The notes under the pieces: model-generated
What the model was told of the DNA's origin: nothing
Databases searched by the model: none
Seen by the model: the letters and a program-made list of their open reading frames with translations, nothing else
Made by a program: the position numbers and the translations under genes
Shown: piece after piece, positions 18,004 to 28,657 of the stretch
Layout of the letters: each line of letters opens with the position of its first letter
Position numbering within the stretch: position 1 is the first letter of the stretch
Source: Rhodothermales bacterium
GTDB lineage: Bacteria > Bacteroidota > Rhodothermia > Rhodothermales > BA12
DNA: 64,000 nucleotides
Direction of reading: 5' to 3'
NCBI GenBank assembly: GCA_963815505.1
Contig: CAWFGU010000021.1
Span: 8,676 to 72,675, forward strand

Positions 18004-19638
18004 ATGCTCGCCCTCGTTCTCGTCTGCGCCGCCGTCGCCCTGATCCTCGCCGGATGGCGCATCGGTCAGCGCGGACGCTACTTCCTCCACGTCTTCCAAC
18101 TCGAAGGCTACAAGACCAACGAGTACCGCGCGTGGGCGGCAAGCCGAACCGGAAGCCACGTCTGGCGCCTGTCGCACACGCTCGGCCTGCTCGTGATCGC
18201 CCTGGCTGCGCTGGGACTGTGGGCCGGACTGGGCTGGTGGATCGTGCCGGTCGCGCTGCTGCTCTACGGAATCGCCTTCTTCTCGGCCAAACTCTACCGC
18301 TCGGCGCGCATCAAGAAGCCGCTCGCATGGACCGATCGCATGAAGCGACTCCGCATCGCTGTCGTCGCTTGGACGCTGGTGCCCATCGTCGGCGGCATCC
18401 TGGCAGGCTTCCACTTTGGATACGGCGCGGCCGATGCCTTCGCCGGATGGATCGCCGTTCTCGCCGGGCTGTGGGCGGCTGATCTGGGCGCTCCGTTGTG
18501 GTCGCTGCTCGGCGGCTACGTCACCAAACCGGTCGAGAACAGCGTGCAAGAAGGCTTCAAGCGTCAGGCGCGAGCGACACTGGCGGCTCGGCCCGACTTG
18601 CAGGTGCTCGGCATTACGGGCAGCTATGGCAAAACGAGTGTCAAGTTCATCATCGCCGAACTGCTCAAGCAGAAGTACAACGTGCTTGCCACGCCGAGTA
18701 GCTACAACACGCCGATGGGCATTTGCCTGGTCATCAACACCAAACTCAAGAGCGAGCATCAGATCTTGCTCCTCGAAATGGGGATGCGCTACCCCGGCGA
18801 CATCGAGGAGTTATGCGACATCGCGCGGCCGCATAAGGCTGTCCTCACGAGCATCGGTATGGCGCACCTCGAAACGATGGGGTCGATCGACGCGATTGCA
18901 CACGAAAAGGCGCGATTTTGGAGCACATGAAGCCCGGCGGCGACGCGATCCTCAACGGCGACGACGAGCGCGTCCGCGTCCTCTCGGGCGTCAGCGGCAA
19001 GCAGTGGCGCGTCTCGCTCGACGACGAGTCGGCCGAGATCTATGGCTCCGATGTCAGCTACGGCAAAGAAGGTGTCCGCCTGACCGTGCGCGACGACACC
19101 GGTGAGACGGCCGAGATCAAGGCTAAGCTGCTTGGCCAGCACAACGTGATCAACCTGCTGATCGGAGTCGCCGTGGCACGCAGCTATGGACTGCGCTTGC
19201 GTCAAATCGCCGCTGCCGCAAGCCGCATCGAGCCGACCGATCACCGCCTGGCGTTGCGCGAAGAAGCGGGTCTGACCGTCATCGACGACGCGTTCAACTC
19301 CAACCCCGTCGGCGCGCGCAACGCCGTCGAGATCCTGGGCCAGATGGACGGCAAACGCGTCATCGTCACGCCCGGCATGGTCGAGTTCGGAGACCGGCAG
19401 TACGACGAAAACAAAATCTTCGGCACCCACATCGCCCGGCACGCCGATCTCGCGATCCTCGTCGGCCAGGAGCAGACGCGCCCGATCCAGGACGGCCTGC
19501 GCGAAGCAGGCTACCCCGACGACCAGATCGCCGTCGTCAGACACGTTGTTCGAAGCCCGAGACGTCGTCCGCGCCCGCACCAAGCCCGGCGACACCGTCC
19601 TCTACGAAAACGACCTACCGGATCAGTACAATGGATAG
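18004..19638 (+). CDS. Mur ligase family protein (MurF-like) with about 170-aa N-terminal multi-TM domain; frame broken at about 18913 and about 19539
   Basis: Several hydrophobic helices in residues 1-170. P-loop ITGSYGKTSVK. After the first break: ILEHMKPGGDAILNGDD...DHRLAL...VIDDAFNSNP. After the second break the third frame reads DTLFEARDVVRARTKPGDTVLYENDLPDQYNG*, with stop at 19636-19638. Confidence 0.7.
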
Positions 19639-19666
19639 TGTATATTGGCGCTAACTTGCTTTTGCC

Positions 19667-20568
19667 ATGCGTCTTTTTGTTCTATTTCTTCTCACCGCAC
19701 CGTTTCTCACCGGCTGCGACCCCTGCGCGACTTTCGGGATGGGTGGTTACAACGACCAAGATGTCGTGCTGACACAACCTCTACCTGACACAGGCGCTAG
19801 TGTAGGCGAATCGTTTTCTGTCGACTTTTCGAGGTACTGGCGATACGAAGCAGGTGACGAATGCACTGCACCATATAAATCGACGCCTCCCATAATGTGG
19901 GCGGAATCGTCGTCGAGTGATGTGGAGCTTCGATTCGAGAGTCATACGCTAGTCGGCACTGTAGGGCGTGATGCTGCTCGAGCGCGGAAACGCGTCAATG
20001 CGATGGACGTTCGTCCGGACCGTCATCGGTCGCGACCCCACTTCGCGAAGTAGAGAACGTAGAGATACGGGTCTTTGGGAGAGAGGAAGGATACTCGACC
20101 AGTCCTTACCCCAACTATTCTCGGTCGCCCAGCCCAGCGTCGTTCCGCCTGAGCACCGGGAAAGAACTATCGCCCGACTATGCTCCAAGCCCTACCAAGA
20201 TCTCGGGCAGGCGGGTACTACGAGTGCTTCACTCACCATCTGTATTTACGGGCGGCGATACACTCACGCTGCACGCGGATGTGATCGACACAGCGACAGG
20301 GTTGGCTATCACCGTCGCGTCGCGCGGTGAACCACCTCGACGATATGGCTTTTCTCCCTTGCAGTTGGTTTGGGGTGTGGATGACTCAAAAGTGTACTGG
20401 CGGGAAGGGGGACACAGCGGGCCTTTGGGATACCTGCCCGGCTTCTCAGTGGCGCCGGATTCTATTCGCGTATTGGTGCGAGAAGGCACCGATGAGGTGA
20501 CGGGGGTCGTTCATGCGGACACTTATCTGGGCAGTGAGGCATTAGCCTTTCACATCGTCTCGGAGTAG
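19667..20568 (+). CDS. Hypothetical lipoprotein in a low-G+C islet; probably one gene with a frame break near 19975-19995
   Basis: Lipobox MRLFVLFLLTAPFLTGC. The frame of ORF 20224..20568 is open back to 19972 without a start codon (…EVENVEIRVFGREEGYSTSPYPNYSRSPSPASFRLSTGKELSPDYAPSPTK…). No family recognised. Confidence 0.4.
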
Positions 20569-20585
20569 TCTAGGCTCCCGTTAAG

Positions 20586-21530
20586 CTACGCTCCCACAGG
20601 CGCCAGTCGCCCGGCGAGGAGGTAGAGGACGGCCATGCGCACGGCGACCCCGTTGGTGACCTGGTCGAGGATGACGGCGTTGGGACTGTCGGCGACTTCG
20701 CTGCTCAGCTCGACGCCTCGGTTGATCGGGCCGGGATGCAGGATGCGCAGATCAGGATGGCGATCCAGGTGCTCGGGGCGCAAGCCGAACTGCTGGTGGT
20801 ACTCGCGCAGGCTGGGAAACAGGCCGGCACCCTGGCGCTCGAGTTGCAAACGCAGCGCCATCGCCACGTTGCAGCCTTCGAGTGCTTCGTCGAGTCGGTG
20901 CGTAACGCGGACGCCCATCTCCTCTACGCCGCGCGGAAGCATCGTCGGCGGGCCGCAGAGGGTGACGTTGGCGCCGAGCGCGTTCAGGCCGTAGATGTTG
21001 GAGCGAGCGACGCGGCTGTGCGTGATGTCGCCGATGATCGACACGTTCAAGCCCTCGAAGCCTGGCGTCACGCCGGACATCGTGAGCAGATCAAGCAGGG
21101 CCTGAGTCGGGTGCTCGTGCGCGCCGTCGCCCGCGTTAACGACGACAGCATCGATGCAGCGCGTGAGGTAGTGCGCGGCTCCAGGCGAGGCGTGGCGGAT
21201 CACCGCCACGTCGGTCTTCATCGCTTCAAGGTTGCGCGCGGTGTCTTTGAGCGTCTCGCCCTTGCTGACCGACGAACCCGACGCGCTAAAGTTGACCACG
21301 TCGGCGGACAGGCGCTTTTCGGCCAGTTCGAACGAGATGCGCGTCCGCGTGCTGCTCTCGAAAAACAGGTTTACGACAGTGACGCCTCGGAGCGTCGGCA
21401 CCTTTTTGATCGGGCGCTCCAACACGGCCCGAAACTCGCGCGCGGTGTCGAGAATCAGACGGATTTCGTCGGCGCCATAGTCGGCCAGCCCCAACAGGTG
21501 CCGGTGGCGCAGTTCGGTCAGTTCGCTCAT
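20586..21530 (-). CDS. pyrB: Aspartate carbamoyltransferase catalytic subunit
   Basis: [15 protein letters not shown] and HPTQALLD motifs. Confidence 0.9.
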   Translation of the reverse strand: MSELTELRHRHLLGLADYGADEIRLILDTAREFRAVLERPIKKVPTLRGVTVVNLFFESSTRTRISFELAEKRLSADVVNFSASGSSVSKGETLKDTARNLEAMKTDVAVIRHASPGAAHYLTRCIDAVVVNAGDGAHEHPTQALLDLLTMSGVTPGFEGLNVSIIGDITHSRVARSNIYGLNALGANVTLCGPPTMLPRGVEEMGVRVTHRLDEALEGCNVAMALRLQLERQGAGLFPSLREYHQQFGLRPEHLDRHPDLRILHPGPINRGVELSSEVADSPNAVILDQVTNGVAVRMAVLYLLAGRLAPVGA

Positions 21531-22132
21531 GTCTGGTCGGGCGTTACGTCAACGAGCCACACGCCCTCTCTCTCGTCTACGTCCGACAGGCGGACGCGCA
21601 CTTCCTGGCCGGGCAGCGTCGGTACGTGCATTCCCACGAAGTCCGGCGCAACCGGCAACTCGCGCAGCCCCCGATCGACGACGCACAGAAACCGGACGCT
21701 GGCCGGGCGGCCCATATCGAGCAAGGCGTCGAGGGCGGCGCGTGCGCTGCGGCCCGTGTAGAGCACGTCGTCGCACAAAACCAGGTGACGCCCTGTGATA
21801 TCGAACGGCACGTCGGTGCGGCGGACAGTCAGCGAACGCGCGCGCATCCGCACGTCGTCGCGGTACATCGTCGTGTCGAGGATGCCGACGGGCACGTCGA
21901 TGCCTTCGAGCGCCTTGACGCGGGCCGCGATGCGCTGCGCGATGGGCACGCCCCGCACCTGCAGGCCGACCAGCGCGAGCGGCGGATGATCGGCATCGTC
22001 CGAGCGAGCGGCGATTACCTCGGCGATCTGCCGCGCCATGCGGTCGAGCGTGCGGGCCAGATCGGCCTCGGTCATCAGGTGCGCCGTAACGCGGTCGGCC
22101 ATCGGCGGGAGGGGCGTGGAGTGGAGCGGCAA
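21527..22132 (-). CDS. pyrR: Bifunctional pyrimidine operon regulator / uracil phosphoribosyltransferase
   Basis: PRPP motif [20 protein letters not shown]. 4-nt overlap with pyrB. The start could be the second ATG (MADRV...). Confidence 0.85.
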   Translation of the reverse strand: MPLHSTPLPPMADRVTAHLMTEADLARTLDRMARQIAEVIAARSDDADHPPLALVGLQVRGVPIAQRIAARVKALEGIDVPVGILDTTMYRDDVRMRARSLTVRRTDVPFDITGRHLVLCDDVLYTGRSARAALDALLDMGRPASVRFLCVVDRGLRELPVAPDFVGMHVPTLPGQEVRVRLSDVDEREGVWLVDVTPDQT

Positions 22133-22143
22133 ACTACGGCGGC

Positions 22144-22175
22144 TCGGCTTCGTCTGAACGGGATCAGGAAGCCGA
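22144..22175 (-). terminator. 8-bp hairpin straddling the stop of the small ORF, 12 nt upstream of pyrR
   Basis: On the minus strand, TCGGCTTC-N16-GAAGCCGA. No clear U-tract, so it could instead be a leader structure. Confidence 0.3.
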
Positions 22176-22409
22176 CTCAGCGCCCTTGGTCATACCCCAC
22201 ACGACCACGTTGATCTGCGCTAGTGAGACAACGAGCAGCAAGAGGGGCAGCCCGTCCCATCCGAGCATTGTTCGGTCTTTGTCAATCAGCAAAGTCGTCA
22301 TTGCCAGCACGATGAGCGTAGAGCTCACCACCCGCATTCGAGTGCTAAACCTCTTCTGCTTCGCTGCAACAGTGCGCCCTACCTCGGTCTTCATCGGCTC
22401 AGGCGTCAT
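22164..22409 (-). CDS. Hypothetical small membrane protein (81 aa, 2 predicted TM)
   Basis: VVSSTLIVLAMTTLLI and LPLLLLVVSLAQINVVVWGM hydrophobic spans. Locally lower G+C by eye. Confidence 0.35.
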   Translation of the reverse strand: MTPEPMKTEVGRTVAAKQKRFSTRMRVVSSTLIVLAMTTLLIDKDRTMLGWDGLPLLLLVVSLAQINVVVWGMTKGAESAS

Positions 22410-22560
22410 CTGCGCACCACAGTTTGTCCCCCGAGCAGCGTCCAGCCGACGTGGCGACGCCGCCCATCGCGAGGATCAGCAGCGCCAGCGAAGCGACTTC
22501 GGCGCGCGGCGTGCAGTCGGAATCGGACTTGGATGCTCGTTTGAGTAGATAGTCAGACAT
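22399..22560 (-). CDS. Hypothetical 53-aa ORF with one hydrophobic span, overlapping the next ORF (ATG inside GATGACGCCTGA)
   Basis: Hand-translated MSDYLLKRASKSDSDCTPRAEVASLALLILAMGGVATSAGRCSGDKLWCADDA. Below the track cut-off. Confidence 0.25.
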   Translation of the reverse strand: MSDYLLKRASKSDSDCTPRAEVASLALLILAMGGVATSAGRCSGDKLWCADDA

Positions 22561-22574
22561 ACTCACTGGATGAG

Positions 22575-22958
22575 TCAGTTGGCAGCCGCTTTGAGGTGAA
22601 ACAGCGGGATCGACACGCGGAAGCGGGCGCCGTTGGCGTATTCCATCAGATACGTCCCTTCCATGGTGCCTTCGGGCGCGCGCAGAATGACGTAGCTGTC
22701 GTACTCGTGGACCTCACCGGACGCCAGAATAGGTTGCTGACCGATCACGCCTTCGCCTTCGACTTCTTGCACCTTGCCGTCGCGGTCGCGGATGTGCCAG
22801 TGTCTGCGGACGAGTTGCACGTCGGCCAATCCGCGATTTTCGATGCGCACCAGGTAGGTGAACACGAACTTGCGCGCCATCCAGTCCGACTGCGCGTCGA
22901 GGTAAACCGGGCGGACGGTGACGGCAATGTCCTGCGTGGTGGCAGTGTAGGGGATCAT
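22575..22958 (-). CDS. apaG: ApaG (DUF525) protein
   Basis: Internal ATG 22958: IAVTVRPVYLDAQSDWMARKFVFTYLVRIENRG...RRHWHIRD...VEGEGVIGQQP. Confidence 0.85.
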   Translation of the reverse strand: MIPYTATTQDIAVTVRPVYLDAQSDWMARKFVFTYLVRIENRGLADVQLVRRHWHIRDRDGKVQEVEGEGVIGQQPILASGEVHEYDSYVILRAPEGTMEGTYLMEYANGARFRVSIPLFHLKAAAN

Positions 22959-23057
22959 GCGAGCGGGGCTGTGGGCTGCCAACACGTGGAGGGGGGCGAT
23001 GTTGCGGTCATTCGCTCAGGCGAGCGCTTGTGTGTGCTGCCTTCGGCTGCGCGAGGC

Positions 23058-23083
23058 CTTCTTTTCGCTTGAACGAAAAGAAG
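23058..23083. other. Perfect AT-rich 10-bp hairpin/palindrome in the apaG-korA divergent region
   Basis: CTTCTTTTCG-CTTGAA-CGAAAAGAAG read directly. Confidence 0.5.
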
Positions 23084-23323
23084 CAAAGGTTCGAGGCTGG
23101 ACTCGCTCCGCCTGACGCTGCGGCCGCTCGCTAAAATCGTCCAGACTCGCCCGCTCTGCCCACTCAAACAGGACACTTTCTTGGCGCTCGCTCGCTCTGG
23201 GTTTTGATTGCTGGACTGCGATCAGGCCGGTCTCATTTTCCACCTGCTTCACCCTCTCCCCTACAGATCGTGTGGTTTGATCCGACCGAGAACCCGATCT
23301 CGCCAAATCCACCTGCCCTTCGC

Positions 23324-25264
23324 ATGCCTGGCGAACAGCACCCCACGCGTGCCGTTGAGAGATCGTCCACCCAACCCGCCCGACTCGTGCTCGAAACCGA
23401 AGCCGTCGCACCATCCGCCAAGCCGCTCAAGACGATTCCGTCCGCTGTGATCCTGTTCGCGGGCGACAGCGGCGACGGGATGCAGATCACCGGCGCGCAG
23501 TTCACGCTGGCGACGGCTCTGGCGCGCAACGACCTGGCGACGCTGCCCGACTTCCCCGCCGAGATTCGCGCGCCTGCCGGGACTCCGTACGGCGTGTCGG
23601 GCTTCCAGCTTCACTTCGGATCGGACACCATCCGCACGCCCGGCGACGACGTAGACCTGCTCGTGGCGATGAACCCAGCGGCGCTGGTCAAGAACTTGGA
23701 GCGCGTTCGGCTAGGCGGGACGATCATCGTCAACTCGGATGCGTTCGACGCGCGCGGCCTCGAGCTGGCCAAACTGGACGCCAACCCGCTCAACGATCTG
23801 AGCCTGGGCGAGCGGTTTCAGGTGATCGAGATAGGGCTGACGACCATCGTTCGCGAGGCGCTCAAGGACAGCGGCCTGAACACCAAGGAGATGGACCGCT
23901 CCAAGAACATGTTCGCGCTGGGACTGGCGCTGTGGCTTTACGCGCGTCCGCTTGACTCGGCGCTGGACTGGGCCGCCAAGAAGTTCGCCAAAAACGCTGC
24001 CGTCCGCGACGCCAACCTGCTGCTGCTGCGCAAGGGGTTTCACTACGGCGAAACGATCGAGGCCTTTGCCGTCCGCTACGACGTACGCCCTGCCGAACTC
24101 CCCAAAGGCCGCTACCGCGCGATCCGAGGCGCCGAGGCTCTGGCTCTGGGACTCGTCACCGCCGGTCAGCGCAGCGGGCTGACGATCTTCTATGGCACCT
24201 ACCCGATCACGCCCGCATCCGATCTGCTCCACGAGTTGAGCAAGCACAAAAACTTTGGCGTGGCGACGGTTCAAGCCGAAGACGAAATAGCCGCCGTCGG
24301 CGCCGCGCTCGGAGCTAGTTTTGGCGGAGCACTCGGGGTGACCGGCACGAGCGGACCGGGCATGGCGCTCAAGACCGAGACGATCGGTCTGGCGATCATG
24401 ACCGAGCTTCCCATGGTGATCGTCAACGTGCAACGGGGAGGCCCATCGACCGGTTTGCCGACCAAGACCGAGCAGTCCGACCTGCTCCAGGCGCTCTACG
24501 GACGGAACGGCGAGGCTCCGCTTCCCGTCATTGCCGCGTCGACGCCCGGCGACTGCTTCGAGGCCGCCTACGAAGCCTGCCGCATCGCGGTGAAGTATCG
24601 GACGCCGGTCGTGCTGCTCTCGGACGGCTACCTCGCCAACGGCAGCGAGCCGTGGCTTATTCCCGACCCATCGGCCCTGCTGCCCATCGAACCGGACTTC
24701 GCGCCCACACGCAAGGAGAGCGACGCGCCGTTTCTGCCTTACGTCCGCAACGACGAAACACTGGCGCGTCCGTGGGCCAAACCCGGCACGCCCGGACTCG
24801 AACACCGCATCGGCGGGCTGGAGAAGCAGAACGAGACCGGTAACGTCAGCTACGACGCGGCCAACCACCAACTGATGACCGACCTGCGCGCGGCCAAGAC
24901 GCAGCGCATCGAGCGTGAACTGGGCCCGCCCGTCGTCGAGGGCGCGAGCAGCGGCAGCGTGCTCATCGTCGGCTGGGGGTCGACGCGTGGCGCCATCGAA
25001 GCGGCGGGCGAGCGGCTGCGCATGGAGGGATTTGCCGTCAGCAGTACCCATCTGCGTTGGCTCAATCCGCTGCCTCCGGGCTTGGACGAGCTATTCGCGC
25101 GCTTCGACCGTGTCCTGATCCCCGAACTCAATATGGGGCAGCTCAGCCGCGTGCTGCGCGAGCGCTTCCTGATCGACTGCGCCCAACTCAACAAGGTGCA
25201 GGGCGCGCCGTTCAAGGCGTCCGAGATCGAAGCCGCCGCCCGGGCGCTGATCGGCGGCGCCTGA
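23324..25264 (+). CDS. korA: 2-oxoglutarate:ferredoxin oxidoreductase, alpha (fused gamma-alpha) subunit
   Basis: ATG 23324. VILFAGDSGDGMQITG..., YGTYPITPASDLLHEL, GTSGPGMALK, QRGGPSTGLPTKTEQSDL. Confidence 0.85.
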   Translation: MPGEQHPTRAVERSSTQPARLVLETEAVAPSAKPLKTIPSAVILFAGDSGDGMQITGAQFTLATALARNDLATLPDFPAEIRAPAGTPYGVSGFQLHFGSDTIRTPGDDVDLLVAMNPAALVKNLERVRLGGTIIVNSDAFDARGLELAKLDANPLNDLSLGERFQVIEIGLTTIVREALKDSGLNTKEMDRSKNMFALGLALWLYARPLDSALDWAAKKFAKNAAVRDANLLLLRKGFHYGETIEAFAVRYDVRPAELPKGRYRAIRGAEALALGLVTAGQRSGLTIFYGTYPITPASDLLHELSKHKNFGVATVQAEDEIAAVGAALGASFGGALGVTGTSGPGMALKTETIGLAIMTELPMVIVNVQRGGPSTGLPTKTEQSDLLQALYGRNGEAPLPVIAASTPGDCFEAAYEACRIAVKYRTPVVLLSDGYLANGSEPWLIPDPSALLPIEPDFAPTRKESDAPFLPYVRNDETLARPWAKPGTPGLEHRIGGLEKQNETGNVSYDAANHQLMTDLRAAKTQRIERELGPPVVEGASSGSVLIVGWGSTRGAIEAAGERLRMEGFAVSSTHLRWLNPLPPGLDELFARFDRVLIPELNMGQLSRVLRERFLIDCAQLNKVQGAPFKASEIEAAARALIGGA

Positions 25265-25283
25265 CCACCCCGCCCTTCGGCCC

Positions 25284-25304
25284 CCCCTCCTCCGCGAGGA
25301 GGGG
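25284..25304 (+). other. 9-bp GC hairpin 20 nt after the korA stop
   Basis: CCCCTCCTC-CGC-GAGGAGGGG followed by ATGTTTCC. Confidence 0.5.
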
Positions 25305-25313
25305 ATGTTTCCG

Positions 25314-25355
25314 ATGCAACTCCGCAGCCAGTCCGCCCCAATGCAACTCCGCAGC
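25314..25355. repeat. Direct repeat ATGCAACTCCGCAGC x2 (27-nt period) in the korA-korB spacer
   Basis: 25314-25328 is identical to 25341-25355. Confidence 0.85.
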
Positions 25356-25392
25356 TAATCCATTTCCCCTCCACGATGCCCCCTGCGACCGT

Positions 25393-25413
25393 CCTCCCCT
25401 CCCGGAGGGGAGG
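25393..25413 (+). other. Second hairpin in the korA-korB spacer
   Basis: CCTCCCCT-CCCGG-AGGGGAGG, followed by a small GCCCC-GCA-GGGGC stem. Confidence 0.5.
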
Positions 25414-25451
25414 TGCCCCGCAGGGGCGGAGGGGTCCACGCCTCGTCTGAT

Positions 25452-26675
<1,224 letters not shown>

Positions 26676-26801
26676 CAGACAGATCGACTGACAGCAGGGA
26701 TGCGCAGGGCTACTTATAAATCGTCCCTACCTGTCGGTTGCGCGCCCACATTGTAGCGTTCGGCGTTTCCGATGCGCAGACGCACGTGCGTTTCTTGCCG
26801 C

Positions 26802-27923
26802 ATGACGATTCTCTACGACGCCGCGTTTCAAGCCTACACGTTCGGACAGGGCCATCCATTCACACCGCAGCGTCAGGTGATGCTAATGGAGGCGCTGCGT
26901 GAGATGGGACACGACTTGGCCTTCGCGTCGCCGCCCGTCGCTACGACGGAGGATGTGCTGAGCATCCACGATGCCGATTTCGTCGCCGCCGTGCAGAAGG
27001 CCGGACGCGGCGAGGAAGTGCCGGTCGACGATCTGTGGAAATATGGGCTGAACACGCCAGACGTGCCGCTCTTCGAGGGCATGGACTACGCGGCGCGCGT
27101 ACTCGTCGGCGGGACCAGGCACGGCGCTCTGCTCGCCGCCGAAACCTCTGAACCCGTCCTGATGCTGGGCGGAGGGTTGCACCACGCGCGCCGCGCCGAG
27201 GCGTCGGGCTTTTGCGTCTACTCGGACCACGGGGTCGCCATCCGTGCGCTTCGGGACAAGGGGTTACGGGTCGCCTACCTGGACGTGGACGTGCACCACG
27301 GAGATGGCGTCGAGGGCCTGTTCTACGACGACCCCGATGTGCTCACGATCTCGCTCCACCAAGACGGCCACACGCTGTATCCGGGAACGGGCAACGTGGA
27401 GGACATCGGCGAAGGCGCCGGAGCGGGCTACGCGCTCAACGTGCCGCTACTGCCCGAGACAGGCGACGAGGTGTATCTGCGCGCGTTCGAAACCGTCGTC
27501 CCGCACGCGCTGGCGTGGTTCGGACCCGACGTACTGCTCGTCGAAGCCGGAGCCGATGCCCACCGTATCGACCCGCTCGCCAACCTCAACCTGTCGACGC
27601 ACGCCTACCGCACGCTCTGGCGCCGCATCCATGAACTGGGGCGCGAGCACGCGGGCGGACGGATGCTCGTCACCCTGGGCGGCGGCTATCACCCCGACAG
27701 TTCGTCCCGCGTATGGCTGCTGCTGATGGCCGAGTTGCTCGGCCTCGACCTCCCCGGCACGATGCCCGTCCAGTGGCGGAAGTATTGGACCGAAGTGACG
27801 CACACCCCATTCAGCGCTACGCTCGACGACGCCGCTCCGACGACGACCGACGACTGGATTGCCGACCTGACGCGGCAGCGCACCAGCCAGCTTCTCGAGC
27901 GCTGCACCCGACTCTGGGTCTAG
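26802..27923 (+). CDS. Histone deacetylase-family protein (AcuC / acetylpolyamine amidohydrolase-like)
   Basis: GGGLHHA, DVDVHHGDGV, GGGY motifs. ATG 26802 (MTILYD...). Confidence 0.8.
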   Translation: MTILYDAAFQAYTFGQGHPFTPQRQVMLMEALREMGHDLAFASPPVATTEDVLSIHDADFVAAVQKAGRGEEVPVDDLWKYGLNTPDVPLFEGMDYAARVLVGGTRHGALLAAETSEPVLMLGGGLHHARRAEASGFCVYSDHGVAIRALRDKGLRVAYLDVDVHHGDGVEGLFYDDPDVLTISLHQDGHTLYPGTGNVEDIGEGAGAGYALNVPLLPETGDEVYLRAFETVVPHALAWFGPDVLLVEAGADAHRIDPLANLNLSTHAYRTLWRRIHELGREHAGGRMLVTLGGGYHPDSSSRVWLLLMAELLGLDLPGTMPVQWRKYWTEVTHTPFSATLDDAAPTTTDDWIADLTRQRTSQLLERCTRLWV

Positions 27924-28640
27924 CTACACGTTCAGTTTTCGAACGTGCTCCTCGGCTGCGAATCGGCGGCGCTCCCAATCACCTCGCACGATGCGGAACG
28001 GACGGTTCGCGTCACGCAGAACAGAGCAGATCGACTCGAACACGGCCCATCGTGCAGATTCATCTGGCAGGTCACGCTGCGGGTCGGGCGTCCACTCTAC
28101 GTCGGGAGCCAGGACGAGAGTGAGAGCCGGAGGTTGGGCGTGGGCGGCCCGCTCGATCCAGCCGGGACAGGCGCCGAAGTAGCGGCGAGCGTAGACGACG
28201 TTCATCCACAGATCGGTATCGCATACGATGGCGGACGGGGCGAGGGAGCGGGTGGCGGACTCGCAAGCAATCTGTCCACGCGCGGCAGCGTGGGCGTCTC
28301 GCTTGGTGACGGGCAACCCCTTGTGGTCGATCCACGTGCGTAGATACTCGGGGACAAACGGGATGCAAAAGGTGCGCGCCAGATGGCGACTCAGCCACGT
28401 CTTTCCGGTCGACTCGGGTCCGAGCAGAACGATGCGGTCGATCGCGTTCGCTGGTTGGCCGCCATTGGCCCACGGCTTCAAGCCAGAAAGATCTAGGGGA
28501 ATCGACACGCCAGGCGCACCTACCTGGGCGACGAGCGGAGCGTCGGCGGACAGCGTCACCTCGCCCCCCCACGCCAGCGCGAACGCTCGGATGAAGGCGC
28601 GCTCGCGCTCATCGTGAGGGCTCGCCAAGCGAACAGGCAT
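27924..28640 (-). CDS. NadR-type AAA ATPase / ribosylnicotinamide kinase-like protein
   Basis: ATG 28640. P-loop LLGPESTGKTWL and context FVPEYLR...CDTDL typical of the NadR kinase domain. Lies downstream of pnuC. Its stop codon abuts the acuC-like stop (27923/27924). Confidence 0.6.
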   Translation of the reverse strand: MPVRLASPHDERERAFIRAFALAWGGEVTLSADAPLVAQVGAPGVSIPLDLSGLKPWANGGQPANAIDRIVLLGPESTGKTWLSRHLARTFCIPFVPEYLRTWIDHKGLPVTKRDAHAAARGQIACESATRSLAPSAIVCDTDLWMNVVYARRYFGACPGWIERAAHAQPPALTLVLAPDVEWTPDPQRDLPDESARWAVFESICSVLRDANRPFRIVRGDWERRRFAAEEHVRKLNV

Positions 28641-28657
28641 CGAATAGGGAGGTGCAC

